Notes: a model not told the origin generated them from the letters alone. A stretch of DNA of 64,000 bases from Gemmatimonadaceae bacterium (GCA_045803545.1 JBJMOW010000001.1:1-64000), one strand, 5' to 3'. Counted from the stretch's first letter, positions 50,965 to 60,615 are shown. Numbers and translations are program-made.

Positions 50965-52389
50965 CTACTCCGTGCGCCCGCCCTCACTGCCGGCCTCTGC
51001 AGCCGAGGAGTCACCTTCCGATGTCATGGCGTTACTCGCCTGCTCATCGGCCGAAGTACTGGCGACTGCTTCTTCGCCAGATTCAGGTGCTTCGTCAGTC
51101 GTCAGCTCGTTGATGATCGCCATCAAACGATCTGCCTCTTCGGGAGCGATGCCGGGGAGCCGGAGAAAATCCTCCCGCTCGAGATCGATGATGTCATCGA
51201 GAGTGCGGTAGCCTGCTTCCTCGAGAACCGCAACCGTTGCCGGCTGCATTCCGTCGATATCTCCGAGCCGGGGGTTGACGCCGGAAACAGCCTCATCGGT
51301 CGGCAGCGGTGCAAAGATCGGCTGATCGCTTCCCCGCTCCATCCATTCGCGGCTCGAGTAAAGCTCGATCTTCCACTCGGTGAGCTCCGAAGCAAGCCGC
51401 ACGTTCTGGCCGTTTCTGCCGATCGCGAGCGAGAGCTGATCCTCGTCGACGATCGCCTGAATGGTCTTGGTCGCTGGGTCACTGAAGACACGTGCGACGC
51501 GCGCCGGCGCGAGCGCCAGCTTGGCGAAGCGCTCTGGATCAGCAGACCACGGCACGATATCGATTCTCTCGCCACCGAGCTCATTTACGACAGCCTGAAC
51601 CCGCGAGCCCTTCAGACCGACGCAAGCGCCGACCGGATCAACCGAATCGTCACGTGAAAAGACGGCAATCTTGGTGCGGCTGCCGACTTCGCGCGCACTG
51701 GCGCGGATCTCGACGAGCCCCTGCTGAATCTCGGGAACCTCGAGCTTGAACAGCGCCTTTACGAACAGCGAGTCTGCTCTGCTGAGCACGAGACGCGGAC
51801 CCTTTGGAGTCTCCTCGACGCGCTTGAGGACAGCGCGGATCGGATCACCCTGGTGGAAATGCTCGCGATGGTTCTGCTCGCGATAAGGAATAATCGCTTC
51901 CGCTTCGCGAAACTTGTTGAGCATTATGACGAGCTTGCCCCGCTCGATCTGCTGAACTTCGCCAGACAGCAGGTCGCCGACGCGACTCGAAAATTCATCG
52001 CGAATCTTTGAGCGCTCGCCCTCTCGTACGCGCTGGATGATGCGTTGCTTGGCAGCCTGGACCGCGGTCCTCCCGAACTCGGCGAAGTCAACCGGGATTT
52101 CCATCTGGTCGCCGATCTGGAAGTCGGGATCTTCGTAGCGCGCTTCCTCGAGCGATATCTGGCTCGCCGAGTCGGTGACTGCCTCGACTACGGTCTTGAG
52201 AAGAACGATGCGGATCTGGCCCTTGTTCTCATCGATGTCCACTTCGGCCTGGACGGTTGGTCCATGCTTTTTGGCGAGGGCCGCGTTGATGCCGTCCTCG
52301 AGCAGACCGTGCAATTCGGCGCGGTCGATCTGCTTCGAGTTGGTCAACTCGCGGATCGCTGAAAGGATCTCTATGGAAGCTGCTGCCAT
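50965..52389 (-). CDS. nusA: transcription termination/antitermination factor NusA
   Basis: FGRTAVQAAKQ, LEVPEI, AREVGSRTKIAV, GACVGLKGSRV, SLAIGRNGQNVRLA. Confidence 0.97.
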   Translation of the reverse strand: MAAASIEILSAIRELTNSKQIDRAELHGLLEDGINAALAKKHGPTVQAEVDIDENKGQIRIVLLKTVVEAVTDSASQISLEEARYEDPDFQIGDQMEIPVDFAEFGRTAVQAAKQRIIQRVREGERSKIRDEFSSRVGDLLSGEVQQIERGKLVIMLNKFREAEAIIPYREQNHREHFHQGDPIRAVLKRVEETPKGPRLVLSRADSLFVKALFKLEVPEIQQGLVEIRASAREVGSRTKIAVFSRDDSVDPVGACVGLKGSRVQAVVNELGGERIDIVPWSADPERFAKLALAPARVARVFSDPATKTIQAIVDEDQLSLAIGRNGQNVRLASELTEWKIELYSSREWMERGSDQPIFAPLPTDEAVSGVNPRLGDIDGMQPATVAVLEEAGYRTLDDIIDLEREDFLRLPGIAPEEADRLMAIINELTTDEAPESGEEAVASTSADEQASNAMTSEGDSSAAEAGSEGGRTE

Positions 52390-52399
52390 TGATTGAGCC

Positions 52400-52879
52400 C
52401 TACCTGTTCCAGTGAAACGCCAGCCGCGCCTTTTCAACCGCGGACAGCGGAAAGCGCCGCTCGTCGCCACGCTCGTTCAACACCGTGATTGTTTCCTTAC
52501 CGTCCTCACCTTCGACACCTGCTATTTCCACTTCGTCGGTTCGTCGACCCGCCGGATCACCGGGAACATTCGTCGTCACTACCGCCTTCTGACCGCTGAA
52601 CCGGCGCCAATCCCTCGCGTTGCGCAGCGGTCGCTCAATACCGGGCGACGACACTTCGAGCACGTACCGTTTGCCGCCAAAATCTTCGGCGTCGAGCCTG
52701 GCCTCGATTGCCCGCGATGCTGCCGCGCAATGCTCGACCGTCACCTGTTGGCCATCCCCCCGCTCGACTCTGACATCGAGAACGGGCCTGCCCTTACTAC
52801 CTCCGACCTTCAGATCGAAAAGCTCAAGACCGAGTGGCTTAATTTGCTCTGCCACAATGGCTTCCAGCGTTTCGTTCAT
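52400..52879 (-). CDS. rimP: ribosome maturation factor RimP
   Basis: YVLEVSSPGIERPL; first gene of the rimP-nusA-infB operon. Confidence 0.95.
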   Translation of the reverse strand: MNETLEAIVAEQIKPLGLELFDLKVGGSKGRPVLDVRVERGDGQQVTVEHCAAASRAIEARLDAEDFGGKRYVLEVSSPGIERPLRNARDWRRFSGQKAVVTTNVPGDPAGRRTDEVEIAGVEGEDGKETITVLNERGDERRFPLSAVEKARLAFHWNR

Positions 52880-52905
52880 ACAGCTTCGAGGTTAGTTCGA
52901 GGGAC

Positions 52906-52932
52906 AAAAAAATGTGGGGGTATCCCCACATT
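52906..52932 (-). terminator. rimP leader terminator/attenuator hairpin
   Basis: AATGTGGGG-ATAC-CCCCACATT-TTTTT between the promoter and rimP start. Confidence 0.75.
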
Positions 52933-52963
52933 CCGGTTGGCCGCCGAGTTGAACGCCCGATTC

Positions 52964-52992
52964 AATGTAGACGCGCGGGGAGGGGCCGTCAA
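52964..52992 (-). promoter_or_regulatory. sigma70 promoter of the rimP operon
   Basis: TTGACG-17 bp-TACATT. Confidence 0.75.
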
Positions 52993-53028
52993 CCTGCTCG
53001 GCGTTGAGACTCGAGCGCCTTCGACTGA

Positions 53029-53191
53029 CATCCAGAATACAAAAGCCTGGAGCTCCCAGCTTAGGGAGCTATTTAGCGCCGAGCTCGCTCTTGGGTTTCC
53101 CTCGCGACCTCGATGACGGCGCGTTCTTGGACTGAGCTCGAAGCTAAGCTGCTCCCTAAGCTGGCAGCTCCGGGCTTTTGTATTCTAGATG
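53029..53191. repeat. long intergenic imperfect inverted repeat (MITE/REP-like)
   Basis: Arm AGAATACAAAAGCCTGGAGCTCCCAGCTTAGGGAGC vs reverse complement of the other arm: 34/36 identical; inner TTAGC and CGAGCTC also pair. Confidence 0.85.
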
Positions 53192-53212
53192 GTCGGCTTG
53201 GGGTGGCTGACT

Positions 53213-53941
53213 TTACGCCGAGACTGCAGCGGCCATAACCGCTATCTGACGGCCGTTATCTCCCGCCCGATGCGAGAAAAATCGATCGTTGTCGTGCCGC
53301 GTGCAGTATTCGCTGACCGTGATCTTTTGCACACCGAGCTCAGACGCGTGTTCGGCGATCAGCGAGCGCAGATCAACGTGGCCCGGACGGGTCACAGGCT
53401 GGCCGGTAAGCTGCTCACGTACATCTACGCTTACCTCGTAGCAGCGGCCGCAAATCGCGGGACCGAGGTGAATCGCCAGCTCGTCGGGTGCAAGGCCGAA
53501 ACGCGCCAGCATCTGAATTGCTTCGGGGGTGATGTGGGCGGCGGTCCCCCGCCACCCGGAGTGAAGGAGTGCTACGACGCCCGATGGATGTGCGATGAAT
53601 ACCGGGACGCAGTCGGCGACGCCGACAGCGAGGCCCGTTCCGCGCTCGGCGGCGATGTGGCCGTCAGCTTCGCCGCCGCGGAGCCAGCCTTCCCAACCAC
53701 CGGTGTGCACGATCACACGGGTGCCGTGAACCTGTCGAATGGAAACGAGCCGGCGTGCAGTCGTTGAAAGCTCTCGCTGCACCGCGCTCCATCTGCCCAT
53801 CACCTCATTGACTGGATCAGTTCCGGAGAGCCCGAATGATCCGGCATCCCGGGTCGTGGTGAAGGCGCGGATTCCCCACTGCTCGAAATCGGTGACGACT
53901 TCCTTGGGGACTTCCGCCAGCTCAGTGTCGACGGTCGTCAA
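53213..53941 (-). CDS. pgeF: PgeF/YfiH-family (multicopper polyphenol oxidase-like) protein
   Basis: FTTR, QVHG, ADCVPV, HSGWRG, GPAICGRCYEV, FFSHR, GRQ; TTG start overlapping the murA end. Confidence 0.88.
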   Translation of the reverse strand: MTTVDTELAEVPKEVVTDFEQWGIRAFTTTRDAGSFGLSGTDPVNEVMGRWSAVQRELSTTARRLVSIRQVHGTRVIVHTGGWEGWLRGGEADGHIAAERGTGLAVGVADCVPVFIAHPSGVVALLHSGWRGTAAHITPEAIQMLARFGLAPDELAIHLGPAICGRCYEVSVDVREQLTGQPVTRPGHVDLRSLIAEHASELGVQKITVSEYCTRHDNDRFFSHRAGDNGRQIAVMAAAVSA

Positions 53942-55223
53942 CGCGGGTGATTGCGGCGCCGAGAGCGTTGAGGCGTTCGTCAATGCGCTCGTAGCCACGC
54001 TCGATTTGGCCGACGTTGTTGATGAAGCTGGTGCCCTCCGCGCACAACGCGGCGAGCAACATTGCCATGCCGGCGCGAATGTCAGGCGATTCGAGAAAGG
54101 CGCCACGCAAGCGCGTCGGCCCGTACACCAGTGCACGGTGTGGATCGCAAAGCACGATACGAGCTCCCATCGTCGCGAGCTTGTCGACGAAGAACATCCG
54201 CGACTCGAACATCTTCTCGTGCATCATGATGAGCCCTTCGCACTGCGTGGCCGTCACGATCGCGATCGACATCGTATCGGCGGGGAACGCAGGCCACGGC
54301 TGATCCTCGAGCTTGGGGATGTGCCCACCCATGTCGCTCTGGATTTGACGAGACTGCTTGGCGGGAACTATGAGATCCGGTCCTTCAATCTTGCACTCAA
54401 TCCCCAGTCGCTCGAATCCCATTCGTGTTGAGCGAAGGTGCTCGACGCCCGCATTCTGGATCCGTAAATCCGAGCGCGTTACAGCCGCGAGACCGATGAA
54501 TGAGCCGACCTCGATGTGGTCGGGCCCAATCGTATGCGTCACAGGCCTGCTGCCGAGTGTACGCCCGCCGTGAATGGTCATGGTGTTGGTGCCGACGCCC
54601 TCTATCTGCGCGCCGAGCGCGATCAGAAAGTGAGCGAGATCCTGGACGTGAGGCTCGCTCGCGGCATTGCGCAACACGGTGGTACCCGATGCGGCGGCGG
54701 CAGCGACCAGCGCGTTCTCGGTCGCAGTGACGCTCGGCTCGTCGAGAAACACATCAGCGCCGCGGAATCCGTTCACTCGCATCTCGATCATCGGGCCGTG
54801 CTTGAATTCGGCCCCTAGCTGCTCGAGAGCGAGAAAGTGGGTATCGAGGCGGCGTCTTCCAATCACGTCACCACCTGGCGGCGGCAAAGTCACCTCTCCG
54901 CAACGCGCGAGAAGAGGGGCAGCGAGAAGTATCGAAGCGCGGATCTTGGCGCACAGTGTCGGGTTGAGGTCGGCAGGCCTGAGTTCCTTGGCGTGGATGT
55001 TGAGCGAGTTCTGCCCGACCCACTCCATCGACGCTCCGACCGACTTTATCAGCTCGACGAGCGTCTCGATGTCCCGGATGCGGGGGACATTTTCCAGATG
55101 AACAGGATTTTCCGAGATCAGCGCCGCAGCAACGATCGGCAGTGCCGCGTTCTTGTTGCCGGAGGGACGAATCGTGCCATTGAGGGTTCGGCCGCCCTCG
55201 ACTACAAATTGTACTGCAGGCAT
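53922..55223 (-). CDS. murA: UDP-N-acetylglucosamine 1-carboxyvinyltransferase
   Basis: GNKNAALP, RASIL, PGGDVIGRR (Asp at the Cys115-equivalent position), SVTATEN, DIRAG, IERGYE. Confidence 0.96.
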   Translation of the reverse strand: MPAVQFVVEGGRTLNGTIRPSGNKNAALPIVAAALISENPVHLENVPRIRDIETLVELIKSVGASMEWVGQNSLNIHAKELRPADLNPTLCAKIRASILLAAPLLARCGEVTLPPPGGDVIGRRRLDTHFLALEQLGAEFKHGPMIEMRVNGFRGADVFLDEPSVTATENALVAAAAASGTTVLRNAASEPHVQDLAHFLIALGAQIEGVGTNTMTIHGGRTLGSRPVTHTIGPDHIEVGSFIGLAAVTRSDLRIQNAGVEHLRSTRMGFERLGIECKIEGPDLIVPAKQSRQIQSDMGGHIPKLEDQPWPAFPADTMSIAIVTATQCEGLIMMHEKMFESRMFFVDKLATMGARIVLCDPHRALVYGPTRLRGAFLESPDIRAGMAMLLAALCAEGTSFINNVGQIERGYERIDERLNALGAAITRVDDRRH

Positions 55224-55339
55224 TATGAAATTTCGCTGGTGGTGATTACGTGTTGCGCAAATATATCGCTCTCAGCACTCTTTGTACCGCGATGTAAAGC
55301 TATACAGTAGATGGCCTCTCCCTTGCACACCCAACACGC

Positions 55340-55948
55340 ATGATGGGATTGATACGCGGCGCTGAGTTTCTCTTGCAGACTGCCGTACGCACCTTGCCCG
55401 ACACGCTGTACACGAAACAGCTTGCGACGGCGCCGAGCACCTTCGAAAAGGTGACAAGCATCGCCAGCGGTCTTCTCACAATCACGATAATGATTCTCGC
55501 TGTCGCACTGGTTCCGGCGGCGTGGAATTTCCGTAAGAGCTACAAGAAAGTGAGCGACATGCTCGACAAGGTGTACGGCGACATCAATCCTCTAATGCGT
55601 CACGCCAGCGCGATCGCCGACAACGTCGACTACATCACGACTTCGGTGCGCGTTGACGTGCAGCAGGTGAGTCAGACAGTCGCTGCCGTGAATCAAAGGC
55701 TGCAACAGGCGGTGGGAGCGGCGGAGACACGCATCAACGAGCTGAACGCGCTGCTCGACGTCGTGCAGGAAGAAGCGGAATCGGCGTTTGTAGTTACTGC
55801 CTCCACTATTCGTGGAGTAAAGACAGGAATTCAGGCATTTGACGAGGAGGACTGGAGCGATGGGGACATCGACGAAAGCAGAGCCGACGGCTGGGAGAAA
55901 CCGCGGCCACGCGTCAGACCCAGAGATGGAACTGGACGCGGAGCGTGA
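55340..55948 (+). CDS. DUF948/YoxC-like membrane-anchored coiled-coil protein
   Basis: One TM followed by long heptad-repeat helices. Confidence 0.7.
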   Translation: MMGLIRGAEFLLQTAVRTLPDTLYTKQLATAPSTFEKVTSIASGLLTITIMILAVALVPAAWNFRKSYKKVSDMLDKVYGDINPLMRHASAIADNVDYITTSVRVDVQQVSQTVAAVNQRLQQAVGAAETRINELNALLDVVQEEAESAFVVTASTIRGVKTGIQAFDEEDWSDGDIDESRADGWEKPRPRVRPRDGTGRGA

Positions 55949-56390
55949 GCAGCAGTACGACCTGCTGACGGCGGCACTGATCGGCGCTGCGGTTGGCGCC
56001 GGCATCACACTGCTCATGAGACGCGGGCCCTCGGGTCGTCGCCCGGTCGGGCCGCTGATGCGTTACGCCGGACGCGGCGCCGCTCTGGCCGGCCTCGCCG
56101 GAATGCAGGGTGGTCGCTGGGCAGCCGAGCGCGGGCTCGACGGCGCGCGCTGGGCGGGCGAGCGGGCAATGGAAGGAGCCCGTTGGGCCGGACCTCGCGC
56201 GCAGCGGGGCTTCAAAACTGCGGTCGAACGGGGTGGCGAGCTTATCGATCGGATCCCGGTCGACGAGATGACCGATCAGGTTCGCAACTACGTCGACACA
56301 GCGCGTGAGGCAATCAACGACGCCGTCAGAGACGAGCTCAACGATCTACGCAAATCAGTTCGCCGCCAGCGTAAGCGGATCGGCATCTAG
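55860..56390 (+). CDS. YtxH-like hypothetical protein
   Basis: ALIGAAVGAGITLL then amphipathic repeats; start 55860 or 55926. Confidence 0.7.
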   Translation: MGTSTKAEPTAGRNRGHASDPEMELDAEREQQYDLLTAALIGAAVGAGITLLMRRGPSGRRPVGPLMRYAGRGAALAGLAGMQGGRWAAERGLDGARWAGERAMEGARWAGPRAQRGFKTAVERGGELIDRIPVDEMTDQVRNYVDTAREAINDAVRDELNDLRKSVRRQRKRIGI

Positions 56391-56397
56391 GAGCAGT

Positions 56398-57339
56398 ATG
56401 TCGCGCGCTTCATCGCGCGCTTCCATTGCCAGCAGGGTCGCGTTAGCGGTCCTGCTTGCTTTGCTTTTGACACCGGGTGTGGCCCACGCCTGGACTCCCG
56501 GCACCCACATCTTCCTCGGCGAAGCAATACTTCGCTCGCTTAGCCTGGTGCCGTCGAGCATCGCCGAGTTGCTGGCAGCGTTCCCCTACGACTTCCTCTA
56601 CGGATCGATCGCCGCTGATACGAGTATCGCCAAGAAATACGCGGCCGCCGGCAGACATTGTCACTCGTGGAACGTTGGGCTGGAGATCCACGACGCCGCT
56701 GACTCGGAGCCGCTCAAATCCTTTGCGTTCGGCTATCTGTCGCACCTGGCAGCCGACGCAGTCGCGCACAACTACTTCGTTCCTCACCAGCTCGCCATCA
56801 CATCGTCGACCGCCGCGCTGGGGCACAGCTACTGGGAGAGCCGTTTCGACACGCACATCGGCGAGAGATTCAGCCGCACCGCCAAGCAGCTCATTCTGCG
56901 CGATCATTCGCACTCTGACGATCATCTCGATCGCATCCTGAGCCCGACGATTTTCAGTACCCCGACCAATCGCCGAATTTTTCGCGGCATGGTGTACGTT
57001 GCCGACACGGAATCGTGGCAGCGCATCTTCCATCTGGTCGAGGAGAAAAGCCGCTGGGACCTGACAGATCAGGAAGTGGGCAAATACATGGTTCGCGCGT
57101 TCGACTACATCGTCGATTTCCTTAGCCGTATGGATCGTTCCGAGCCCCACAGACTCGATCCCGCAGGAACAGTCCCGCTGCGCGAAGCGAAGAAAGTCAG
57201 GCGCGCGGCGCTGCGGCGCGGTGGCGAGGAGCACGTTCTAGAACAGGCGCAGCAGCATTTTGGCATGCCGCTTTCTCAGTTGAAATTCGCGATCTCGCTC
57301 GCGGAGCCTCTCTACCCGCCGCGCGACGACAACAACTGA
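56398..57339 (+). CDS. zinc-dependent phospholipase C family protein
   Basis: Signal ending AHA|W, WTPGTH, GSIAAD, HCH, GYLSHLAADAVAHN, HSYWE. Confidence 0.85.
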   Translation: MSRASSRASIASRVALAVLLALLLTPGVAHAWTPGTHIFLGEAILRSLSLVPSSIAELLAAFPYDFLYGSIAADTSIAKKYAAAGRHCHSWNVGLEIHDAADSEPLKSFAFGYLSHLAADAVAHNYFVPHQLAITSSTAALGHSYWESRFDTHIGERFSRTAKQLILRDHSHSDDHLDRILSPTIFSTPTNRRIFRGMVYVADTESWQRIFHLVEEKSRWDLTDQEVGKYMVRAFDYIVDFLSRMDRSEPHRLDPAGTVPLREAKKVRRAALRRGGEEHVLEQAQQHFGMPLSQLKFAISLAEPLYPPRDDNN

Positions 57340-58751
57340 TTGACGCGTTTTGGATCGGCGCGTCCTTTCGATTTCTTCATTACGAAGCCGACCAGCACGC
57401 CCTGCAGTTTCTTCTCGCCCGACAGATATCGCTTTGCCTCGTCCGGGTGCTCGTGCAGGACTTCATCTACCCATGTGGTGAGCGCACTCTCGTCGCCGAT
57501 CTGCAGCAGCCCTTCCTCGGCCGCGATCTGTGCCGCCGGCTGGCCAGTGTCGAGCATCCTCGAGAAGACTCGCTTGGCGGCGGTGTGACTCACCGTCCCG
57601 TCGCGAACGAGATTGAGCAGTTGGGCAAGGTCGGCAGGTCGCAGTGAGAACAGTGCGATGTCTGTGTTTGAGGTGCGAAGCGCTGCCAGCACCTCGCCCA
57701 TCACCCAGTTGTATGCAGCTTTGCCATCGCTGCTCGCGCGCACCACCCCTTCGTAGTAATCCGCAAGGCTGGGGGTCGCCGTAAGCTGCTCCGCTTCCGC
57801 GACTGAGATCGCATATTCCTCGACGAGCCGTTTCTTGCGCGCATCGGGGAGCTCCGGAAGCTTATGCCTCGCGTCCCCGACCCAACCTTGATCCAGTAGC
57901 AGCGGTCGCAGATCTGGCTCCGGGAAGTACCGATAGTCGTGACTTCCCTCTTTTGTGCGACTCGGTCTTACCGTCTCACGAGCTGCATCCCACAGCAACG
58001 TTTGCTGCTCGACTTTGCCGCCGGAATCCAGCAGCGAGCATTGACGCTCGTACTCCGCGTCCAGGGCGCGCTCGACGGCAGAGAACGAGTTCATGTTCTT
58101 GACTTCAGTCTTTGTACCGAGATTCGTCTGACCAAATGGCCGCACGCTTATGTTGGCGTCGACGCGCAGACTTCCCTCCTCCATACTGACGTCGCTGACA
58201 TCGAGATACTGAAGGATCTGCTTGAGCGTCCGCAGATATGCACCCGCGTCGGTGGCGCTCCGCAGGTCGGGCTCGCTGACGATCTCGATGAGGGGTACTC
58301 CCGCTCGATTCAAATCGATCGCGGTCGCACCGGGAAAGCGATCGTGAATCGACTTGCCGGCGTCTTCCTCCATGTGAAGGCGGGTGATGCCGATCTGAAC
58401 GTCCTTATCGTCTTTGGTTTTTCCGATGACGATGTGGCCACCAGTCGCCAACGGCTGATCGAATTGCGAGATCTGATAGCCTTTCGGCAGATCGGGATAG
58501 AAATAATTCTTGCGAGCAAAGACCGAGATCGGATTCACGCCGCAACCGAGTCCCAGCGCTGCGCGTACCGCGAGCTCCACCGCTTTCTCGTTGAGAACTG
58601 GAAGAGCGCCGGGCAGCGCGAGGCATACAGGACATGTATTGACGTTCGGCGGCGCGCCGAAATCGGTCGAGCAGCCGCAGAACGCTTTGGTGCGCGTCTT
58701 GAGCTGGACGTGGACTTCCAGTCCGACGACCATCTCGTACCGCTCGTTCAT
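57312..58751 (-). CDS. gatB: Asp/Glu-tRNA amidotransferase subunit B
   Basis: GLEVHVQL, RKNYFYPDLPKGYQISQ, HMEEDAGK, DYRYFPEPDL. Confidence 0.98.
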   Translation of the reverse strand: MNERYEMVVGLEVHVQLKTRTKAFCGCSTDFGAPPNVNTCPVCLALPGALPVLNEKAVELAVRAALGLGCGVNPISVFARKNYFYPDLPKGYQISQFDQPLATGGHIVIGKTKDDKDVQIGITRLHMEEDAGKSIHDRFPGATAIDLNRAGVPLIEIVSEPDLRSATDAGAYLRTLKQILQYLDVSDVSMEEGSLRVDANISVRPFGQTNLGTKTEVKNMNSFSAVERALDAEYERQCSLLDSGGKVEQQTLLWDAARETVRPSRTKEGSHDYRYFPEPDLRPLLLDQGWVGDARHKLPELPDARKKRLVEEYAISVAEAEQLTATPSLADYYEGVVRASSDGKAAYNWVMGEVLAALRTSNTDIALFSLRPADLAQLLNLVRDGTVSHTAAKRVFSRMLDTGQPAAQIAAEEGLLQIGDESALTTWVDEVLHEHPDEAKRYLSGEKKLQGVLVGFVMKKSKGRADPKRVNQLLSSRGG

Positions 58752-60304
58752 CGGTGCGCGTCCGCGCCGAGCGCTGCCTCGAGTGCGTAACCAACCCGGA
58801 ACATTGAGTACTCGTCGAAGTGCGGCGTGATGATCTGACCGCCAACTGGAAGGTTACGTACTCGACCGATTGGAACCGACATCGCTGGAACTCCGGCGAG
58901 GTTTGCGGTCACGGTGAATATGTCGTTCAGGTACATCTCGTAAGGATCGCTGATTGCGCCGACCTGAAACGCCGGCGTTGGCGTCGTCGGTGTAAAGATC
59001 GCGTGTACGCCGCCGGCGAACACCGAGCGGAAGTCGTCCGCGATGAGCGTGCGGACGGCTTGTGCTTTCTTATAGTAGGCGTCGTAGTAACCAGCGGAGA
59101 GCACGTACGTTCCGAGTAGAACCCGTCGCGTAACCTCCGGTCCGAATCCCTCCGAGCGGGTTGCGTCGTACATCGCTCGCAAACCCTTCGATGGATCGAC
59201 GCGCAGCCCGTATCGAACGCCATCGAAACGCGCCAGGTTCGAGGAAGCCTCCGCCGGCGCGATGATGTAGTAGACCGGAATCGCGAGCGGCGAACGAGGC
59301 AGCGACACGTCTCGAATCGTTGCGCCCATCCAACGGAATTTTTCGAAGGCGCGATCGCATAGATCGCGAATAGTCTGATCGAGCGACTCCGGGAAATACT
59401 CCTTTGGTTTTCCGATCACTACGCCCTTGAGAGTCGTCTCGCTCGGCGGCGGCGGCAGCGGGACCGGACTGCGGCCGATTCGCATCGCTTCGGTATCAGG
59501 CTCGCGTGAGGAGGGAGCAGGCTTGCCAAGCGCTGCCACGCGGTAGATCGGGACGTCAGCGTCGGAGCTGGTAGAGTCCATCTTGTCGAAGCCGGCGATC
59601 GTCTCGAGTGCGAGCGCGGCATCGTCGACGGTGCGACCTAACACGCCGATTTGATCGAGCGAAGACGCGAAGGCGACCAGACCGTAGCGGCTGACACGTC
59701 CGTACGTCGGCTTCACACCAACGACGCCGCAAAACGCAGCGGGTTGGCGAACGGATCCGCCGGTCTCCGAGCCAAGGGCAATCGGTGTGATTCCCGCAGC
59801 TACCGCGGCGGCAGATCCACCGGATGATCCGCCCGGTACGCAACGCACATCGTGTGGATTTCGCGTCGGACCGAAAGCGCTGTTCTCCGTCGACGAGCCC
59901 ATCGCGAATTCATCCATGTTGGTTTTCGCGACGATGATTGCTCCGTTGGCGCGGAGCCTCGTGATCGCCGTCGCCTCGAACGGACTCACATAGTCCTTCA
60001 GAATCCGCGAACCGCAGGTGGTCGGCAGACCGAGTGATGCGATGTTGTCTTTGATCGCGATCGGTACGCCCGCGAGTACGCCGATGTCGGTCGCCTTTTC
60101 GAGACGACCGCTAATCAGATCGGCCTCCTTACAGCACGCGTCACGATCCGAATGAAGGAAGATGTTGAGTCCGTCACGCCCCGCATTGATCGTGTCGGCG
60201 CGATCGAAGGCCGCATTGACCAACGCGGACGGCGTGTTCTCGCCGGCGCGAACGCTCGCCGAGATCTCAGCCGCGCCCAGTCGCGTGTATTCGTCGATGG
60301 TCAA
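58748..60304 (-). CDS. gatA: Asp/Glu-tRNA amidotransferase subunit A
   Basis: KDNI, DEFAMGSS, PGGSSGGS, GSETGGSVRQPA, SNLARFDG. Confidence 0.97.
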   Translation of the reverse strand: MTIDEYTRLGAAEISASVRAGENTPSALVNAAFDRADTINAGRDGLNIFLHSDRDACCKEADLISGRLEKATDIGVLAGVPIAIKDNIASLGLPTTCGSRILKDYVSPFEATAITRLRANGAIIVAKTNMDEFAMGSSTENSAFGPTRNPHDVRCVPGGSSGGSAAAVAAGITPIALGSETGGSVRQPAAFCGVVGVKPTYGRVSRYGLVAFASSLDQIGVLGRTVDDAALALETIAGFDKMDSTSSDADVPIYRVAALGKPAPSSREPDTEAMRIGRSPVPLPPPPSETTLKGVVIGKPKEYFPESLDQTIRDLCDRAFEKFRWMGATIRDVSLPRSPLAIPVYYIIAPAEASSNLARFDGVRYGLRVDPSKGLRAMYDATRSEGFGPEVTRRVLLGTYVLSAGYYDAYYKKAQAVRTLIADDFRSVFAGGVHAIFTPTTPTPAFQVGAISDPYEMYLNDIFTVTANLAGVPAMSVPIGRVRNLPVGGQIITPHFDEYSMFRVGYALEAALGADAHR

Positions 60305-60614
60305 GCGCCGCTCTCGGCGGGATCTTCGTGGGTGGCCAGACGAGGAACGATGAAAAAACCGTCTCGCATCGAAGGAGCAAAAGACTCGAGCGTGCCCTCC
60401 ATCAGCGGCGCAACGCGATCGTCGGGGCGCAATGGAGTACCCCCGGCTCCCACGCCCGCAGCCAAAGGCACGCTCGCAGTATCCACCTGCGCCAGAACTT
60501 CCATGTGCCCCAGGATCGAGCTCAGCTCGCGGGTGAGTTCCTCGACGCGCATTTCGTCCACGCCAACGCGGGCCAGATTGGCGATGTGAAGTACATCCTC
60601 ACGGGTAACTGCCA

Positions 60615-60615
<1 letters not shown>
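60301..60615 (-). CDS. gatC: Asp/Glu-tRNA amidotransferase subunit C
   Basis: VLHIANLAR...LRPD...FFIVPR; upstream of gatA. Confidence 0.93.

Noticed and set aside
53029..53191. 6S RNA or SRP RNA identity for the long hairpin
   Set aside because: The stem is nearly perfect, with no large central bubble or SRP domain IV motif visible; not supportable without an Rfam scan
53942..54136. Long N-terminal extensions in the ORF track (pgeF; likewise nusA, dat, halogenase, Asn-synthetase-like)
   Set aside because: They overlap neighbouring genes and lack family motifs; shorter coupled starts fit better
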